Positions 61,337 through 64,000 of a DNA stretch of 64,000 nucleotides are shown here, in pieces. Within the stretch, counting starts at the first letter, position 1. Every line of letters begins with the position of its first letter. Source of the stretch: Candidatus Doudnabacteria bacterium (lineage in GTDB: Bacteria > Patescibacteriota > Doudnabacteria > UBA920); NCBI GenBank assembly GCA_963768175.1, contig CAVYGQ010000001.1:254305-318304 (forward strand). The letters run 5' to 3'. A program made the translations under genes and the position numbers. Below the pieces are notes generated by a model. The model did no database searches. It saw only the letters and a list, made by a program, of their open reading frames with translations, and was not told where the DNA came from.

Positions 61337-61502
61337 AAAAGCGACACTAATGACACCAATTGCCACCCGAATGACACTAATTCGCGTTATTCGCGTCTTT
61401 TTCGCATATCCGTGTCGGTTATATTTTAACACAAAACCGCGCCAAAAAGGAGCGGTTATTGCTGCGCCCCGTACCCTTGGCGGTACGGGGTTATGGTTAT
61501 AG

Positions 61503-61763
61503 TTATTTCTTGGCTCTTGTTTTACGCTCTTTCTTCGGTTTTTTTGAAGCTTTAATGGCCACCGCGGCTTGCTTGCGCTTTTTGAACTTGTCGATACTGC
61601 CGGCGGTGTCCAGCAACTTTTGCTTGCCGGTATAAAACGGGTGGCACTGGCTGCAAACTTCCGTATGCAAAGACGCAGCGGTAGAGCCGGTAATAAAAGT
61701 GTTGCCGCAGGCACAGGTGACTTTCACGGCGGTATTGAATTGGGGATGAATATTGGGCTTCAT
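61503..61763 (-). CDS. rpmE: 50S ribosomal protein L31 (zinc-binding type)
   Basis: MKPNIHP, CACG and [10 protein letters not shown] motifs. Confidence 0.96.
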   Translation of the reverse strand: MKPNIHPQFNTAVKVTCACGNTFITGSTAASLHTEVCSQCHPFYTGKQKLLDTAGSIDKFKKRKQAAVAIKASKKPKKERKTRAKK

Positions 61764-61897
61764 GTTTCTAAGTTTATTCTTAATTATCCGCTGATTAATC
61801 GCTGATTTGTACGCTGATAAAACGCTGATCAGCATAACTTCAGCGCTGGTGTTCAAATCAGCGTCGTTTCAGCATTATGCAATAATCATTAGAACTA

Positions 61898-61939
61898 ATT
61901 ATAATAGCTATTGCATAAAACGTCAAGGCTTGATATAAT
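61898..61939. promoter_or_regulatory. overlapping divergent sigma70 promoters (rpmE and rpsB)
   Basis: Minus strand TTGACG-17-TATAAT (61898-61926). Plus strand TTGCAT-17-TATAAT (61911-61939). Confidence 0.75.
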
Positions 61940-61965
61940 AAGCAAGTTATAAACTAATCAAACAT

Positions 61966-62050
61966 ATCCCGCACACCCTGCACCACTTTCGGGTACAGGG
62001 CAAGTCTTCCTCACTTTTGGCAATCAGGCTACAAAGTGCCGCGGGATAAA
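61966..62050 (+). promoter_or_regulatory. candidate rpsB (S2) autoregulatory leader
   Basis: tcccgc...gcggga closes a structure with ACAC and a ccctg/caggg hairpin. The position matches known S2 leaders. Confidence 0.5.
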
Positions 62051-62066
62051 AGGAAAGGTTAAGAGC

Positions 62067-62801
62067 ATGAGAGACATAACTCTTTTGGAGTTGATGAAAA
62101 GCGGCGCGCATTTTGGCCACACCACCTCGCGGTGGAACCCCAAAATGAAGCCGTATATTTTTACGACCCGCAACGACATCCACATATTGGATTTGGAACA
62201 AACCAAACAGGGGATGGAAAAAGCCGCCAAATTCGCCAAGGAAACGGTTTCCCGAGGCGGCGTGATTCTGTTTGTCGGCACCAAGCGCCAGAGCAAGGAC
62301 ATTTTAAAAAAGGCCGCGCTGGCCTGCAATGTGCCTTTTGTTAACGTGCGCTGGCTGGGCGGCACGTTTACCAACTTTAAGACCATCCAAAAAACCATCC
62401 GCAAAATGGAAAAGCTGGAAAGCCTAAAAGCTTCGGGCGAACTGGAAAGCCGCTACACCAAAAAAGAACGCCTATTAATAGAACGCGAAATCGAAAAGCT
62501 TAAAAAACTGTTTGAGGGCATCCAGAACATGAAAAAACTGCCAGACGCGATATTTGTCACCGACGTCAAGCACGATGCCATTGCCGTAAAAGAAGCCCAA
62601 AAAAGCAAAGTCAAGATTATCGGCCTGGTGGACACCAACTGCAGCCCCGAAGGGATAGACTATGTTATTCCCTGCAACGACGACGCCACCAAAACCATTG
62701 AGCTTATGTGTTCGGTAATTTCCGAAGCGGTTAACGAAGGCAGGCAGGCGCAGACGGTAATAAAGGAAGCGGATAAAGTTGCCGAGGTTAAACCAGTCTA
62801 A
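62067..62801 (+). CDS. rpsB: 30S ribosomal protein S2
   Basis: GAHFGH...WNPKM, FVGTKRQ, RWLGGTFTN, VDTN and IPCNDD motifs. Confidence 0.98.
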   Translation: MRDITLLELMKSGAHFGHTTSRWNPKMKPYIFTTRNDIHILDLEQTKQGMEKAAKFAKETVSRGGVILFVGTKRQSKDILKKAALACNVPFVNVRWLGGTFTNFKTIQKTIRKMEKLESLKASGELESRYTKKERLLIEREIEKLKKLFEGIQNMKKLPDAIFVTDVKHDAIAVKEAQKSKVKIIGLVDTNCSPEGIDYVIPCNDDATKTIELMCSVISEAVNEGRQAQTVIKEADKVAEVKPV

Positions 62802-62883
62802 CAATTCAACAATGTAGCAATACAACAATTGCTTCATTGCTAAATTGTTACATTGTTATTTACTAAACTTAAAATATAAATTT

Positions 62884-63487
62884 ATGGATAACAACCTAAT
62901 AAAACAGCTCCGGCAGCAGACCGGAGCGGGAATAATGGAAATTAAAAGCGCGCTTACCGAAAGTCAAGGCGACAAAAACAAAGCCGTAGAAATTCTGCGC
63001 AAAAAGGGCGCCCTAAAAGCCGGCAAAAAAGCGGACAGGGTCGCCAACGAAGGCCTGGTGGAAGCTTACATCCACCCGGGCGGCCGCGTGGGCGTTTTGG
63101 TGGAAGTCAACTGCGAAACCGATTTTGTGGCGCGAACTCAGGACTTTAAAAACCTGGTTAAGGAGCTGGCTTTGCACATTGCGGCCGCAAATCCGCTTTA
63201 TGTAAGCCCTGGCGACGTTCCGGCCGAGGTGGTGGAAAAAGAAAAAGAAATTTACAAGGAGTTCCGCCTCCGCCAAGGCTACGGCGGACAAGCAGGTCTC
63301 CGATGCAATCCTGAATAAAATAGTGGAAGGTAAGCTGGCAAAATATTACGAGGAAACCTGCTTAATGGAGCAGCCGTATTGTAAAAACCCCGACATTAAA
63401 GTTAAAGATTTAATCGGCGAAGCCGTGGCCAAAATGGGGGAAAAGGTAGAGGTTAAAAGATTCGCACGGTTTGTATTGGGAAATTGA
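62884..63487 (+). CDS. tsf: elongation factor Ts (short form) with a +1 frameshift at about 63262 next to a 30-nt element
   Basis: [11 protein letters not shown] and [11 protein letters not shown]. Continues in the next frame as [15 protein letters not shown]...LMEQPY...VKRFARF. Confidence 0.92.
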
Positions 63488-63498
63488 CGCTAATTTGT

Positions 63499-63599
63499 GG
63501 CGTCATTCTGAAGCCTGAATGCATCTGAAGGCTGAAGAATCCCATTTGCGACGAATAAAGAGATCCTTCGGTCGTTGCTACTTCCCTCAGGATGACGCC
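63499..63599. repeat. GTCATCCTGAG-family palindromic element
   Basis: ggcgtcattctgaag ... ctcaggatgacgcc. Confidence 0.85.
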
Positions 63600-63680
63600 G
63601 ACGAATGGGATCCCAAAAAGTTTGACCGTAAATTAAATAATTGACATAATTAAATTACAAACTTAACTTTGTCAATTCCT

Positions 63681-64000
63681 TTGAGCTACCAAATCCTTCC
63701 CAGCATCATATTTATTTTCGCGGTTTTGGGGATATTGCTGATTATTCTCAGGCGTTTGCCGGAGGCGGACTTTATTATGCGTCAAACGCCCGAGGAAGCC
63801 GACGCCCACGAAAAGCTTTTGGCTAAGGGGCTGCCGGCCCAGGCTTTTTCCAAAGTTGCCACGTTTTTAAAATTTTGGTCAAGGAAATTTTGGAACTTTA
63901 TTTTGGAAGCCAAGGACTTAAGGCCGCACGCGGCCGCCGGCTATCGCATGCAAAAAATCTTTAACGGCAAACTGCAGGACTTTAAGGCCCAGACCGCCCC
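63681..64000 (+). CDS. membrane-anchored hypothetical protein (3' truncated by the window)
   Basis: TTG start, then SYQILPSIIFIFAVLGILLIILRRLPE. The frame stays open to the end of the window. Confidence 0.7.
   Translation, partial: MSYQILPSIIFIFAVLGILLIILRRLPEADFIMRQTPEEADAHEKLLAKGLPAQAFSKVATFLKFWSRKFWNFILEAKDLRPHAAAGYRMQKIFNGKLQDFKAQTA

Noticed and set aside
61337-61714. Long N-terminal extension of RF1 in the ORF track
   Set aside because: It overlaps rpmE in another frame and runs through intergenic repeats. RF1-like sequence starts at MEIAF (61336).

Overview
A 64 kb core-genome segment, most likely from a Patescibacteria/CPR bacterium. This is inferred from the gene repertoire, the compact operons and the AT-rich starts that mostly lack Shine-Dalgarno (SD) sites. 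It uses the standard code 11. Gene order: end of the atp operon (atpA-G-D-C), a short CCA-adding enzyme, a tRNA cluster, rmuC, NYN and PIN nucleases, a UvrD-nuclease fusion, a single-chain PheRS, gyrB, greA, lysS, serS, pyrH, a membrane glycosylation cluster, rplU, recR, dnaB, cysS, a Kef-type antiporter, two adenylate kinases, map, thrS, dnaE (two frameshifts), rodA, rplY, a deacetylase, prmC, prfA, rpmE, rpsB and tsf. No transposase, integrase, reverse transcriptase or CRISPR array is present. Five signals stand out. (1) Many short palindromic or terminal-inverted-repeat (TIR) elements and periodic 7-10 nt repeats sit between genes and also in frame inside atpG (three), atpD, thrS, prfA, prmC, tsf, rplY and dnaE. 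(2) A nested 'Russian-doll' tRNA locus, in which an intact CAT tRNA lies inside the anticodon loop of a split tRNA, which lies inside a second split tRNA. (3) Synonymously recoded duplicates of gene termini at atpD, gyrB and recR. (4) A divergent T-box-like leader on thrS with an ultrashort stem I, a K-turn and an ACC specifier. (5) A 20-aa Lys/Arg-rich peptide behind a consensus promoter, and a candidate stand-alone ncRNA. Several +1 indels suggest sequencing errors, so single-base details need checking against reads.
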